Assembly (NCBI GenBank): GCA_963755305.1
Contig: CAVWJL010000011.1
Span: 14,034-78,033 of the forward strand
Reading direction: 5' to 3'
DNA length: 64,000 nucleotides
From: an uncultured Alphaproteobacteria bacterium
GTDB lineage: Bacteria > Pseudomonadota > Alphaproteobacteria > Rhizobiales > Xanthobacteraceae
Shown in pieces: positions 9,098 through 18,548 of the stretch. Below the pieces are notes generated by a model. The model saw nothing but the letters and a program-made list of their open reading frames with translations, was not told the DNA's origin and did not search any database. Made by a program: the position numbers and the translations under genes. The first letter of the stretch is position 1; each line of letters starts with the position of its first letter.

Positions 9098-9543
9098 CGA
9101 ATCATCCTGCGCTACGAACTCACCGTTCATGAATGGGCCGCCATCAAGCCATTCCTACCGACCAAGTCGCGCGGCGTGCCGCTTGTAAATGACGGGCGCG
9201 TGCTGAACGGCATCTTTTGGGTGCTGCGTTCGGGTGCGCCGTGGCGCAATCGCGTACACTACCTCTACAATCGCTTCGTTCGCTGGCGACGGGGGGCGTC
9301 TGGGGCGGGATTATGAACGCGCTGGCCGCCACCCATGACGCGGCCGTACAAATGATCGATACGTCGATTATCCGCGTGCATCAGCACGCCGCCTGCATCG
9401 CGCGGAACAAAAGACAATTTATGAGCCTATCACGCGGCGGTTTGACCAGCGAGATTCATGCGGTGGTCGATATCAACGGCCTGCCGATCCGGCTCGCGCT
9501 TACAACAGGTGAGGCGCGTGACAACCGGCTCGCAGGAGGTTAG
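9098..9543 (+). pseudogene. IS5-family (IS427/IS1031-like) transposase fragment with an internal deletion, a frameshift and a 3' truncation
   Basis: LRYELTVHEWAAIKPFLPTKSRGVPLVNDGRVLNGIFWVLRSGAPWRN, then in another frame NALAATHDAAVQMIDTSIIRVHQHAACIARNK...GGLTSEIHAVVDINGLPIRLALTTGEARDNRLAG. It is collinear with the intact copy at 11074-11835 but lacks the C-terminal third. Confidence 0.7.
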
Positions 9544-9905
9544 GGACACACGACCACATTACGTACGCGCCAACCATAATCATCAGAAAATTGCACGCGG
9601 TGCACTTGGCAATCGGGATTGAAATCTGGATCGTAGGCAGGGTCGGCGCCTACCGCGACCGCGCCCCAACCCAAGCTCGGCTGTCGTCGGGCCAATTCGG
9701 TACCCCGGCGGACCGCCCCGGCGCGCCAACCGTGAGCCCTGCCACGTCCTGCAAACCCACCATGGCGCTGGCTTGCGAAAGGTGCGCTGTGGGAACCCTT
9801 GCCGATGGAAGCGCCGCGCGCACGCGCGGTGGCGGAATCCGGCATAACGTGCGACGTGCCGATCGCAACAGCCACAGCGACCATTGCAAGTTTCAGATTA
9901 CCCAT
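9540..9905 (-). CDS. Hypothetical exported protein
   Basis: The internal start MGNLKLAMVAVAVAIGTSHV gives a signal-peptide-like N-terminus. The body is Gly/Arg-rich and the tail is Cys-containing (DCQVHRVQFSDDYGWRVRNVVVCP). I recognise no family. Confidence 0.4.
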   Translation of the reverse strand: MGNLKLAMVAVAVAIGTSHVMPDSATARARGASIGKGSHSAPFASQRHGGFAGRGRAHGWRAGAVRRGTELARRQPSLGWGAVAVGADPAYDPDFNPDCQVHRVQFSDDYGWRVRNVVVCP

Positions 9906-10466
9906 ACTGACTTTTCTCGATACTTCGACAACCCTCGGCGGCGCCGGGGTCGCGCCTGTCACTGTTCCGGGATTATGGTGGGCACAGACGGAGACGATCT
10001 ATCCCGCCGATATTTTCCGGCTGCTGACGCATCCTAAATGGGTGGTATTGCGCGCCGCCAGCACATTGTCTCGGTAACCTAAATACTGACCTCGCCTTCA
10101 TCTGGATTTTGCATCGATCCGGTTAGCGAAAAGCGCATTTCGATGCTCCCGGCTGCGACTCTGCCTTGTCCGGCGGCCGATCGAACAGCGCTTGTTTCCA
10201 GCAGCATGATCCGACCATTTGGGGGCGTGCCTTTGGCGGGCAACGGCCGTTTCGCAAATGCCGATTGGATTAATGACCCATGTCGCTAGCAACGTCCAAA
10301 AACGACACCACGCTCAGTGGGTCGATCCCTGGTCAACCGTCACTGAGAGATTCGGCGGTAGCTCAGGTGGGTTATCGGTGGGAGCTGCTTCGCCGAATGA
10401 CGCTTCGATCCGACAGCGAGTGAATTGCCACGTCGCCGCGAAGTGATGCGATGGGCCAACAACCGA

Positions 10467-10871
10467 CTACGCAGAAGGCGCGTCAAGGCCGTGCGGCAGT
10501 AAAACCTGTATAACATTTTGCCCTTCCGGTGGATGGCGCGAGATATGCCCTTTCCCATGCGTATCCTCGACTAGAACCGCCTTTCCAGCGGAGACACGTC
10601 TCATCTCTCCGTCGCTCGTTTCAAACTCGACCTCGCCATCCAACCAAATGGCAAGGAGTCGACCCGGTGGGTTATGAAAGTCCGCTTCGCGCGCCCCTGC
10701 AGGGATATGAACAAAACGAACTCGCGAGGCTTCGTAGAAAGCGGAACGCGAGGATTCGTAGTTAGCGGCAGGCGCTCCATTCGGAAACGATCGCGTTAGT
10801 GTCGTGGGGATATCAACTTCCCCAAAATGGGATTCGCCATCAGGCGTAGCGAAAATGCGCAGGCACTTCAT
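10467..10871 (-). CDS. Cupin-domain protein
   Basis: This is a 134-aa ORF. HNPPGRLLAIWLDGEVEFETSDGEMRRVSAGKAVLVEDTHGKGH shows a cupin beta-barrel pattern. Confidence 0.6.
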   Translation of the reverse strand: MKCLRIFATPDGESHFGEVDIPTTLTRSFPNGAPAANYESSRSAFYEASRVRFVHIPAGAREADFHNPPGRLLAIWLDGEVEFETSDGEMRRVSAGKAVLVEDTHGKGHISRHPPEGQNVIQVLLPHGLDAPSA

Positions 10872-11061
10872 CTTTTTACCTCCATTGTACTTTCGAGGTT
10901 ATTATGAAGGAGCGAGCCGTGTCGGGAAGGGTCATTTTCGACCGATTCCGGCGGAGATTTGTCGGCCGGTCGATGTTCGCTTTGCCCCAAAGCGCCCGGT
11001 GCCGGGGTCGGCCAAGGGGCATTGTGCTTGGCCTTACGCCTGTGATTCAAGCTCCCAAACA

Positions 11062-11845
11062 GGGGCTCGAATCATGCGCTATGAACTCGCCGACTATGAA
11101 TGGACCGCCATCAAGCCGATGCTGCCGAACAAGCCGCGTGGCGTTCCTCGGGTAAACGACCGTCGTGTCCTCAATGGCATCTTCTGGGTCTTGCGATCTG
11201 GAGCACCCTGGCGTGATCTGCCGGAGGCGTTTGGCCCGTACACCACTTGCTACAACCGCTTCGTTCGCTGGCGGCGGGCTGGTGTCTGGAGCCGCATCAT
11301 AGACGCACTTGCCGCTGCCCATGATGCCGCTGTCCAGATGATCGACACCTCCATTGTCCGCGTGCATCAGCATGGAGCATGCATCACAAGGAACCAGCGC
11401 CAATCGATGGGAAGGTCACGCGGCGGGTTGACGAGCAAAATTCATGCGGTGGTCGATAGCAATGGTCTGCCGGTACGGCTGGCGTTGAGCCCCGGTGAGG
11501 CCCACGACGTTCGACTTGCCGGAAAACTGCTGTCTCGTCTGAAATCCGGATCAATGCTGCTTGCCGACCGTGGCTATGACGCCGACTGGATCAGAGAGCT
11601 TGCCATGAAGAAGGGCGCGTGGGCCAACATCCCGCCGAAAAGCAATCGCAGCGATCCGATCTGCTTCAGCCCTTATCTCTACCGCGCCCGCAACCGGGTC
11701 GAGCGGTTCTTCAACCGGATCAAACAATGTCGTCGGGTTGCGACGCGCTACGACAGGCTTGCCGCCAACTACCTTGCCTTCGTCCAGCTTGCATCAATCA
11801 GGCTATGGCTGCGCGTTAATGAGTCCGCGCCCTAGTGTTGCACTT
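11062..11845 (+). mobile_element. IS5-family insertion sequence (apparently intact copy); boundaries approximate
   Basis: The left end is inferred from where the three copies in the window become alignable: GGGCTCGAATC-ATG at 11062, CTCGAATCAT at ~9098, and GGGCTCGAGTC-ATG on the minus strand at ~25795. The right end is not resolved, and I could not identify the inverted repeats with confidence. Confidence 0.5.
11074..11835 (+). CDS. IS5-family (IS427/IS1031 group) DDE transposase
   Basis: This is the internal ATG of ORF 10804-11835. The product reads MRYELADYEWTAIKPMLPNKPRGVPRVNDRRVLNGIFWVLRSGAPWRDLPEAFGPYTTCYNRFVRWRRAGVW...LADRGYDADWIRE...RNRVERFFNRIKQCRRVATRYDRLAANYLAFVQLASIRLWL, a textbook DDE_Tnp_1 protein. 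Confidence 0.85.
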   Translation: MRYELADYEWTAIKPMLPNKPRGVPRVNDRRVLNGIFWVLRSGAPWRDLPEAFGPYTTCYNRFVRWRRAGVWSRIIDALAAAHDAAVQMIDTSIVRVHQHGACITRNQRQSMGRSRGGLTSKIHAVVDSNGLPVRLALSPGEAHDVRLAGKLLSRLKSGSMLLADRGYDADWIRELAMKKGAWANIPPKSNRSDPICFSPYLYRARNRVERFFNRIKQCRRVATRYDRLAANYLAFVQLASIRLWLRVNESAP

Positions 11846-12295
11846 GCGGCATGGCATACCGGGTTGACCACACCAGCATTTTCTCGGCGAGCCGGCCCAG
11901 GGCTTGTTGGGATGCGCCTCACAGACCCAGCGCGTGTCGTCGCAGGCGGCACAATGTGCTAATCTCACGTCAGTGCACCTTTGCCGTTGCCAGGCAACGC
12001 AGATTGCAACATTCGGCTAGCACAGACGCGTCGCGCATGGTCAAACACCAAGAACGTCGACGACCCACGCGGGCAGGTTTCCACTGCGGCCACGCTGCTT
12101 GATCAACTTGGCTATGCTGTAGCGGTTCCTGCGCTCGCACCCCGTGCGCTTGTCGTGCAGCATATTGGATTTTCCGTCAAGGTCGCCGCCGCCCTCAACT
12201 TGCTAACGGCCTGCGACCGCGAGGTCAAACCGCCTGGCCAACTCCGATGATGAGCCTCTCTGAATTTTGGTGGCGCCCAGTTTCGGGCGCGTTCA

Positions 12296-12427
12296 CTACC
12301 ACCACCATATGAGCGCCAAAATGATCATCACGATCAGTACGGCAGTGAGCGAAAGGTAAAGCCATGCCCCTCGCTCGCGCCGCGCCGCCTCCCCAGCAAG
12401 ACGGCGAGGGTCGATGCGCACCATCAT
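12296..12427 (-). CDS. Possible 43-aa single-pass membrane peptide (below the ORF-track cutoff)
   Basis: My reverse-strand translation is MMVRIDPRRLAGEAARRERGAWLYLSLTAVLIVMIILALIWWW-stop. A GAGGAA Shine-Dalgarno-like motif sits 6-7 nt upstream of the ATG. I have no homology knowledge for it. Confidence 0.3.
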   Translation of the reverse strand: MMVRIDPRRLAGEAARRERGAWLYLSLTAVLIVMIILALIWWW

Positions 12428-12599
12428 AAATCGTTCCTCATCGGTGGGTCTTTTAAGCGCTCGTCAAGCCCGAAGCCTGCAGCTGTCCCCGGAAGATACC
12501 TTCTCTTCGTCCGGGGCACAGAACTGCCAGCAGTAAAGGTTACCGCTGAACCATTCTGGCGTGGGTACTCAGCCCCCACTACCATCCGAAACGGTGGCA

Positions 12600-13370
12600 T
12601 CACGTTCCAAACAATTCTTTCCGAACCTTTGTTGCCGAAATCTGTTCGGTTGACTCATCGAGCACTAGCCGCTCGACGGCATATCCGACCTCGCGCCCAT
12701 AGAACACGTTCGTGATGTTTGGAACTGGCACGATGACAATACGCCCCCGATACTGCCAAAGCGCGGATTCGATGCGCGCTTTTACTTCGTGAAAAGATAA
12801 CGGATTACTGTCATTCGTGTGGTGCGTATCGCGAATTGCGATACAGACCTGTCCGACGCGCCGCAATCCTTCTTCGATCAGTTTCTTGTGCCCATCATGA
12901 AATGGCTGGTAGCGGCCGAGGAAGAGCGCCGTCGGTGCCTGGGGGTCGAACTTCGGAAGCAGCTTCTCGCATACTTTTTCCGCCCAGTAGCTCGGGGACC
13001 CTTGTGCCTCGACGCGAATATCGTAGCGATGCGGCGGCTCGAACATTTGATTGGTGTCCGCAAATCGGGATGTCTGGACGCGATCCAGCCAAACGATGAA
13101 AGCATCGCCAAATGCAGCCCGAGTGTCTTCGGTCGGGCAGACAAAGTCCGCAATGGCACAAGCGCCAGCCTCGACCACTCGGTCGCACAGCCACCCCATG
13201 CGGCGAGCCTGCTCGATGCGATCGGCGACGCTGAAACCGAGGTCCTTGTTTAAATTGGCCCGCACCGCATCGGCATTGAAATGGACGGCGTTCAAGCGCG
13301 GTGCAAGGGCTGTTGCCAACGTTGTCTTGCCGGCTCCCGGCAAGCCCATCAGCAGCAGTTTTCTGGTCAT
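12600..13370 (-). CDS. Fusion protein: N-terminal adenylylsulfate (APS)-kinase-like P-loop domain + C-terminal cytidylyltransferase-like (HxGH) nucleotidyltransferase domain
   Basis: The N-terminus reads LLLMGLPGAGKTTLATAL...NADAVRANLNKDLGFSVADRIEQARRMG, which gives a P-loop plus the LGFS/DR motif of CysC-type kinases. The C-terminus reads ALFLGRYQPFHDGHKKLIEEGL...ISATKVRKEL, which gives the (T/H)xGH and ISxT motifs of the CTP_transf_like family. Confidence 0.7.
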   Translation of the reverse strand: MTRKLLLMGLPGAGKTTLATALAPRLNAVHFNADAVRANLNKDLGFSVADRIEQARRMGWLCDRVVEAGACAIADFVCPTEDTRAAFGDAFIVWLDRVQTSRFADTNQMFEPPHRYDIRVEAQGSPSYWAEKVCEKLLPKFDPQAPTALFLGRYQPFHDGHKKLIEEGLRRVGQVCIAIRDTHHTNDSNPLSFHEVKARIESALWQYRGRIVIVPVPNITNVFYGREVGYAVERLVLDESTEQISATKVRKELFGT

Positions 13371-13603
13371 GACTCTGCTATTAACTTTGATAGGTGAGGT
13401 TTGGCGACAACTACCATGGATCGCACTTCTCGTCGAGGTCGCCGAATCGCCGGTAACGCGAGTCCCAATTCAGCGAGTAAACCGATCGTCGCGTGCAAGC
13501 AGCACTGGCGATGGTTAGACAAACGCGTTGCGTACGTTGAGGTTGATGAGCGTCCCGATTTCCGTCGATGATTGGCGAGCTGATTGGCTCTCTGACGAGA
13601 CAT

Positions 13604-13645
13604 CTTCCTAGTGAGATAAGCCTACTTCCTAGTGAGATAAGCCTA
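13604..13645. repeat. Perfect tandem duplication of a 21-bp unit (CTTCCTAGTGAGATAAGCCTA x2)
   Basis: I read this directly from the sequence: 13604-13624 is identical to 13625-13645. It lies in the 285-nt gap between the genes at 13656-14015 and 12600-13370. Confidence 0.95.
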
Positions 13646-13655
13646 CGCCTTGAGC

Positions 13656-14015
13656 TCAATGCCTATAATCGCTGAGTAGCCTTTCGAACATGCGTCGCAC
13701 GAGGCTCGGGGCGGCAGCGTGCTTGTGGTCGATTACCGTGACCGGCGAACCCGGCGTCTCGACTGCGGAAGCCGGCGCGACAGGTGGCGCCGCATGCATT
13801 GGCACGGGCTGAGCACGTTGTTCGAGAGGCTTGGTGAAAACGAGCCGCTCCTCGACGTCATGGCAGGCCGAGCACATGAAAGTGTGGTGCTCAAAGCCAG
13901 GAACCGCCATGGTGTCGTCCTGAACGACCGTCGTCAGGAGCATCTCTGCTCCGCACACTAGACAGCGCATCGCATTCAACTCATCTGCCAATTGCGGCTC
14001 ATCAAGGAGCTCCAT
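13656..14015 (-). CDS. Hypothetical zinc-ribbon-like protein
   Basis: The internal start MELLDEPQLADELNAMRCLVCGAEM...HHTFMCSACHDVEERLVF gives two CxxC pairs, followed by a Pro/Ala-rich tail. The start choice is uncertain; the ORF extends to 14159. Confidence 0.45.
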   Translation of the reverse strand: MELLDEPQLADELNAMRCLVCGAEMLLTTVVQDDTMAVPGFEHHTFMCSACHDVEERLVFTKPLEQRAQPVPMHAAPPVAPASAVETPGSPVTVIDHKHAAAPSLVRRMFERLLSDYRH

Positions 14016-14227
14016 TGTCGTTCGTGCACATGAAGGATTTCTAACAAGTGATCGGACGCTTGCTGCCCAGACAAACGCCCTGATTTTAGGTCTATTTTGA
14101 TAGATAATGCCGGAGCGCATGAACGTGCGTTCTAGACCGTTCCGGTCTCGACTGACCAACGACCGAATGGACTCCGATGTTACCGTAGCCAGTCAGCGTG
14201 CTTGATTTGTGGACAACTATCTTCTGC

Positions 14228-14764
14228 TCAAGCAGCCGCAGCCTGTTTGGTCAATCCGGCGCGTGGCAGATTGAGAAGTTTAGTCCGGATCGCGTCCTCA
14301 ACGCGCATTAGAGACTGCTGCAAATCATCTGCACGCGTCTCCGCAGCTTTCAAGCGTCGCTCCATAGCGCAAAGGTCTGTTTCGGCGGCCGCCGCACGCA
14401 ATTGCGTTTCCTTGAAGGCCTGCTCTGCTTTTTGTGCCCGCGCGTTGGCTTCCTGCATGCCTTGCTCAGCCATACGTCGCGCAGCCTCCAACGATTGCAT
14501 GCGACTTTCCCCAAGTCGCAATTTTTCACAGGCCTCTCGAGCCAGATTTTTAGCCCGCACCTCAATCTCGGCTGCCTGAGCCTCAATACTCATGATCACC
14601 TCGGCGGCTTGATTGACTAGGTCCAGTGCCGTTTCCCGCTCAGTGGTTGCTGCAGATCCAAGAGCACTGGGAAAATGCAAGACTTTTTCGGCGGGCTCGA
14701 TTGCTGGTGAGTTGGCTACTTGGCTTCTCATGTCATCTCGAAGCCACGCCAGCTGATTTTTCAT
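14228..14764 (-). CDS. Hypothetical coiled-coil protein
   Basis: The ATG at 14764 is preceded by GGAGGGG. The sequence is rich in heptad-like A/E/R/Q repeats (EAQAAEIEVRAKNLAREACEKLRLGESRMQSLEAARRMAEQGMQEANARAQKAEQAFKETQLRAAAAE). Confidence 0.55.
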   Translation of the reverse strand: MKNQLAWLRDDMRSQVANSPAIEPAEKVLHFPSALGSAATTERETALDLVNQAAEVIMSIEAQAAEIEVRAKNLAREACEKLRLGESRMQSLEAARRMAEQGMQEANARAQKAEQAFKETQLRAAAAETDLCAMERRLKAAETRADDLQQSLMRVEDAIRTKLLNLPRAGLTKQAAAA

Positions 14765-15694
14765 CCACCCCTCCACAGTCCGATAGTTTCAGAACCGTTA
14801 AGTTCCTTGATTATGTTGGGCGAATGGTAAATAGACTCTTAACGGCTGCCTGGACCAGCGCGATTGCCTAGGCATATCGATAACGTGATTGAACGGAGGC
14901 GCTGGTGACCGCTGCGGGGGCAAGGCGGTAAAAGCACAATGTCCTTTGGCGTGGCCCGATAGATTTCGAGGCCGACCTTGTAGCCAAGGTCCCGGGCGAT
15001 TTGCTGCCCCTCGAGATCGGCCTAGACCGCGCTCCAGCAGCGCCAAAGCGATGGTGGAAATGTGAGCCACATGGTGTGCAGCTGATTAACGGCGCGCTGA
15101 AATTGCTTTCAACCAATTTTATTCGATTTCAATGTGCAAGTGACATGATTGGGGGGTAGACGAACGGTAAGGACGCGCTAATGCCAATCCCTTGACTATA
15201 ATGATTGCGTTCGTGTCGGCAGCAGCGTCATTCGGTATGGCTTGGGTGACAGTCAACAGCGCTTGTGAGCCTCTTTTGTAGGTGCATGCCCTATATCGCG
15301 TGGACAAGGCGTGCGCGGCTTTCTCTTGCTCATAGTCACAATTGGCGCCTTCTGGGCAGTGGATGTCGTCGCCTGCGATGGCCGCTACAGCGGTGCGGTT
15401 TGGCGGGAAGCCAGTTCGCAAGGCCGACAATTCAGTGTACGGAGTGGCAGCGTTGGCTTAAATAGATCAGCTCCTGATCGAGCTGGCTCTTGGCCCCGTG
15501 TCGGGGTTCTCAACTGACGTGAATGTCAGATTGAGCGTCGAATGTGCTCATGCTCCTTACACACCCTCGTCGCGCGGACTACCGGTTCGCGAATGATTGC
15601 TTAGCGCACCGGGGCGTTTGGTGGCGCCTCTCGGGGCATTTTTGTTTGTGTCTTAGACATAATCCGAATCGGCGCATTTCGTTCCTTGCGACCT

Positions 15695-16018
15695 TCACGT
15701 TGGCGCACAACTCCCCTGAGGTTTTCGAATGTTGCGCGAAACTGGCAGGGCAGGCCCGAGGCAGGCGTTGTGTGCCGCCTTGAAGACCACATATGAGCCG
15801 GGTTCAAGTGGCGGCACCGGTACGTCGTGAATTTTCACACCCAGTGCATCACGAACTACGATGGACCAGCCCGAATACGCGCCATCCGGATCGTATTGTA
15901 AGTGAATCGCGATTAGCTCCGCGTGTTCGCAAGCAGCGTGAATGGTCCGAAATTGTCGACCTTCGTAGTCACGGAGCGTGTCGTCGCTCGAGAGATAATC
16001 GAAAAAGTAGCGGTTCAT
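15695..16018 (-). CDS. DUF6894-like small protein
   Basis: MNRYFFDYLSSDDTLRDYEGRQFRTIHAACEHAELIA matches the N-terminal pattern (M-x-R-Y-F-F ... D-x-E-G) I associate with DUF6894 proteins of Rhizobiales. The C-terminal extension is unusual. Confidence 0.5.
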   Translation of the reverse strand: MNRYFFDYLSSDDTLRDYEGRQFRTIHAACEHAELIAIHLQYDPDGAYSGWSIVVRDALGVKIHDVPVPPLEPGSYVVFKAAHNACLGPALPVSRNIRKPQGSCAPT

Positions 16019-16366
16019 GCTGATCCCCAGCTGTGTTTGCGACGCTTTTAGCAATTATTCTCTGTTATTCGATTAAACGAGTAAGTAAAATTGAGACGAT
16101 CGGGCCGATGATCTATACGCAATTGGCTCTGATGCAGAAGGCCACAGCATCCGCTTGGCCTGGTCGAAGAAGCCACCGATAACGCCGCCGTCGTACAGGC
16201 GCGGAATCGACAATCTGATTGAGCGCGGGCTCGACCCGATGGCCTGCCGGCTGCACACGCCGCTTCAGCGCTGCCAGCTTCATAAAGCTCGCAACGTGAT
16301 CGAGCGGCTCGGCTGTGCAATCACCCACGTTCGTTACCGCCCCCCGAGCCACGTAGCAGCGATCGG

Positions 16367-16975
16367 TCACATCACCACGAGCTTGTTCGGCAGTTCGTCG
16401 CGGTTGATTGACCCCGGTGGGAAATGCTTGGCAAGCACCGCGGCACAGTGATCGACTGCCGCGACAAATCCATCGGCTGTCCGGCCGTTTTTGATCGCGG
16501 AGATCAGCGCGCCCATAGCGGCTTCCCATACCTGCGGGCTGACCTTGGCGTTGATTCCGGCGTCGGCGACGATCTCGGCATAGCGTTCGGCCACCGACGC
16601 AAAGATCAACACGCCGGTGCGCGCCTCGGTCAGATGGAGCCCCTGCGCCAGGAATTGGCGCATTGCCTCAACATGCGCGCGGCGATGCATCGCCGGCCTC
16701 GGCACGATCCGGAACCGGACCGCAGGCACCGACAGCACCATGGCGGTGACGATGAAGGCGATCAGCTGCACCATGTAGATCGTCCCCGCCGGCCAGGCCG
16801 TCAGATAGATCAGCAGCAACGGCACGAGCAGGGCGACCATCGCCGCCCAGGCGATCGGCACAAGCCGGTAGCTGCTGGACGAATGAGCGACCACGCAGAA
16901 GATCTCGCCCGCGGTGCGTGTTTCCGCTGCGCGGATCGCCTCGATCACACGATCGATGTCGGCTTTCTCGATCAT
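16367..16975 (-). CDS. TPM-domain protein (TLP18.3/Psb32/MOLO-1 phosphatase family), membrane-anchored
   Basis: This is a 202-aa ORF. It shows DIDRVIEAIRAAETRTAGEIFCVV, two TM helices, then TEARTGVLIFASVAERYAEIVADAGI. It is the third gene of a lemA-TPM-TPM operon. Confidence 0.8.
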   Translation of the reverse strand: MIEKADIDRVIEAIRAAETRTAGEIFCVVAHSSSSYRLVPIAWAAMVALLVPLLLIYLTAWPAGTIYMVQLIAFIVTAMVLSVPAVRFRIVPRPAMHRRAHVEAMRQFLAQGLHLTEARTGVLIFASVAERYAEIVADAGINAKVSPQVWEAAMGALISAIKNGRTADGFVAAVDHCAAVLAKHFPPGSINRDELPNKLVVM

Positions 16976-16978
16976 CCG

Positions 16979-17819
16979 TCACCAACTCCCCGAGGCGCCA
17001 CCGCCGCCGAACGAGCCGCCTCCGCCTGAGAAACCCCCGCCTGACGATCCCGACCATGACGAGCCCGACGATCCCGAGCCCCAATCCGATGGAATCGGGA
17101 AAAAGATCGGTCCGCTTCGGCCTGCACGCCGCGCAGCCGCGTTGCGAGGATCCTGGCTGCCCCGTCGCGAAATCTTGTACGCGATGAATACGACCGCGAT
17201 CAGGACCAGCAACAGGATGATCAGGTCGGCGCCTTTCGACTGGGTGTCCGGCCGCTGCTTTGCGCCGCTGCTTCCAGTCTTCCGGATCGACCGTCGCCGC
17301 CTGGATGATGTCATCGACGCCCCGGGTGATGCCTCCGGGGAAATCCCCCGCCCGAAATCGCGGCAAGATGGAATTCTCGATGATCAGCTTCGACACCGCG
17401 TCAGTCAGGTTGCCTTCGAGGCCGTAGCCGACCTCGATGCGCACTTTGCGCTCGTTGGGTGCCACGATCAGCAAGACGCCGCTGTTCTTGTCCTTCTGGC
17501 CGATCCCCCAGTGCCGTCCGAGCTGATAGCCGTAGTCCTCGATCGAAGTGCCTTGCAGGGATTTCAGGGTGACCACCACGAACTGACCGGTGGTCTTGGT
17601 TTCGAATTCGGCGAGCTTCTGTTCCAGCGTCGCCTTGGTCGTCGCATCGAGAATTCCGGCCTCGTCGACGACGCGGCCGGTGAGCTGCGGAAAGGTCAGC
17701 GCCTGCGCCACATGGACGGCGGCGAGAACGAGAAAGCAAAGCGCAAGGGCTGCCTTGCTCGGGAAAGGCAAAGCAGCGCGAATCGCGAGATGGAGCGCAC
17801 GCATTCTCCGAGACTCCAT
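16979..17819 (-). pseudogene. YgcG-like TPM-domain protein, interrupted by a 1-nt frameshift near 17265 (or an assembly indel)
   Basis: The N-terminal 180 aa (signal peptide, LTGRVVDEAGILD...NSGVLLIVAPNERKVRIEVGYGLEG...) are in the frame of ORF 16668-17819. The expected C-terminus (TM helix ADLIILLLVLIAVVFIAY and Gly-rich tail SGGGGSFGGGGASGSW) is in the frame of ORF 16979-17314. Confidence 0.75.
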
Positions 17820-17843
17820 ATTCAGCCGGAGTCCACGACCCCG

Positions 17844-18455
17844 TCAGAACTTCACGCTCGGAGGCCGCTGCGATTCAGGGGTGGCGGCGAACGCTTCCAT
17901 CGGTTTGTAGTTTCGGTAGAGCGTCGACGCCCAGAGGATGCCCGGAAACGTCTTGAGCTCGGTATTATAGGCGCGCACCGCCTCGATGTAGTCGCGCCGC
18001 GCAACCGCGATGCGGTTTTCGGTTCCTTCAAGTTGGGACTGGAGCGCCAGGAAATTCTGGTTCGATTTGAGTTCGGGATAGCGTTCGACCGTGACCAGCA
18101 ATCTGCTGAGCGCGCTGGTGAGCGCGTTCTGGGCATCCTGAAATTGCTTGAATTTCTCAGGATCGGTTATGGTAGACGCATCGATCTTGATCTGGCTTGC
18201 TTTTGCGCGCGCCTCGATCACCGCGGTGAGCACTTCGCGCTCCTGTGCCGCATAACCTTTGACGGTTTCGACCAGGTTTGGGATCAGGTCAGCACGCCGC
18301 TGATACTGATTTTGAACATCGGACCACTTGGCTTTAGCCTGCTCGTCCAGTGACGGAATGGTGTTGATCCCGCATCCGGACAGGCCCAGTCCCAGAACGA
18401 TCAGAAGAACGGGAACGCGCATAAGGCGCGTAAGACTTTCAATGACGACCGGCAT
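17844..18455 (-). CDS. lemA: LemA family protein (lipoprotein signal)
   Basis: NTIPSLDEQAKAKWSDVQNQYQRRADLIPNLVETVKGYAAQEREVL...RRDYIEAVRAYNTELKTFPG is canonical LemA. The lipobox is LGLSGC. The ATG at 18455 is preceded by GGAGGAGGA; alternative starts are at 18473 and 18422. Confidence 0.85.
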   Translation of the reverse strand: MPVVIESLTRLMRVPVLLIVLGLGLSGCGINTIPSLDEQAKAKWSDVQNQYQRRADLIPNLVETVKGYAAQEREVLTAVIEARAKASQIKIDASTITDPEKFKQFQDAQNALTSALSRLLVTVERYPELKSNQNFLALQSQLEGTENRIAVARRDYIEAVRAYNTELKTFPGILWASTLYRNYKPMEAFAATPESQRPPSVKF

Positions 18456-18548
18456 GTCGATCCTCCTCCGCATCGATGTCAGCTACTCTTTGGGCGTACT
18501 CAATGACGCGCAGCCACACCAAGCCTGCCAGAACCAACTTGGCGTAGG

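Noticed and set aside
15311-15517. 68-aa plus-strand ORF (VRGFLLLIVTIGAFWAVDVVACDGRYSGAVW...) that might be a small membrane protein
   Set aside because: It has a GTG start with a weak RBS, and GC3 drops in the second half. It competes with an equally unconvincing minus-strand ORF (15119-15430), and I recognise no family.
16914-18353. 479-aa ORF antisense to the TPM/LemA operon, and the 373-aa ORF at 22558-23679 antisense to the histidine kinase
   Set aside because: The opposite-strand genes carry clear family motifs. These are typical spurious long ORFs of GC-rich DNA.
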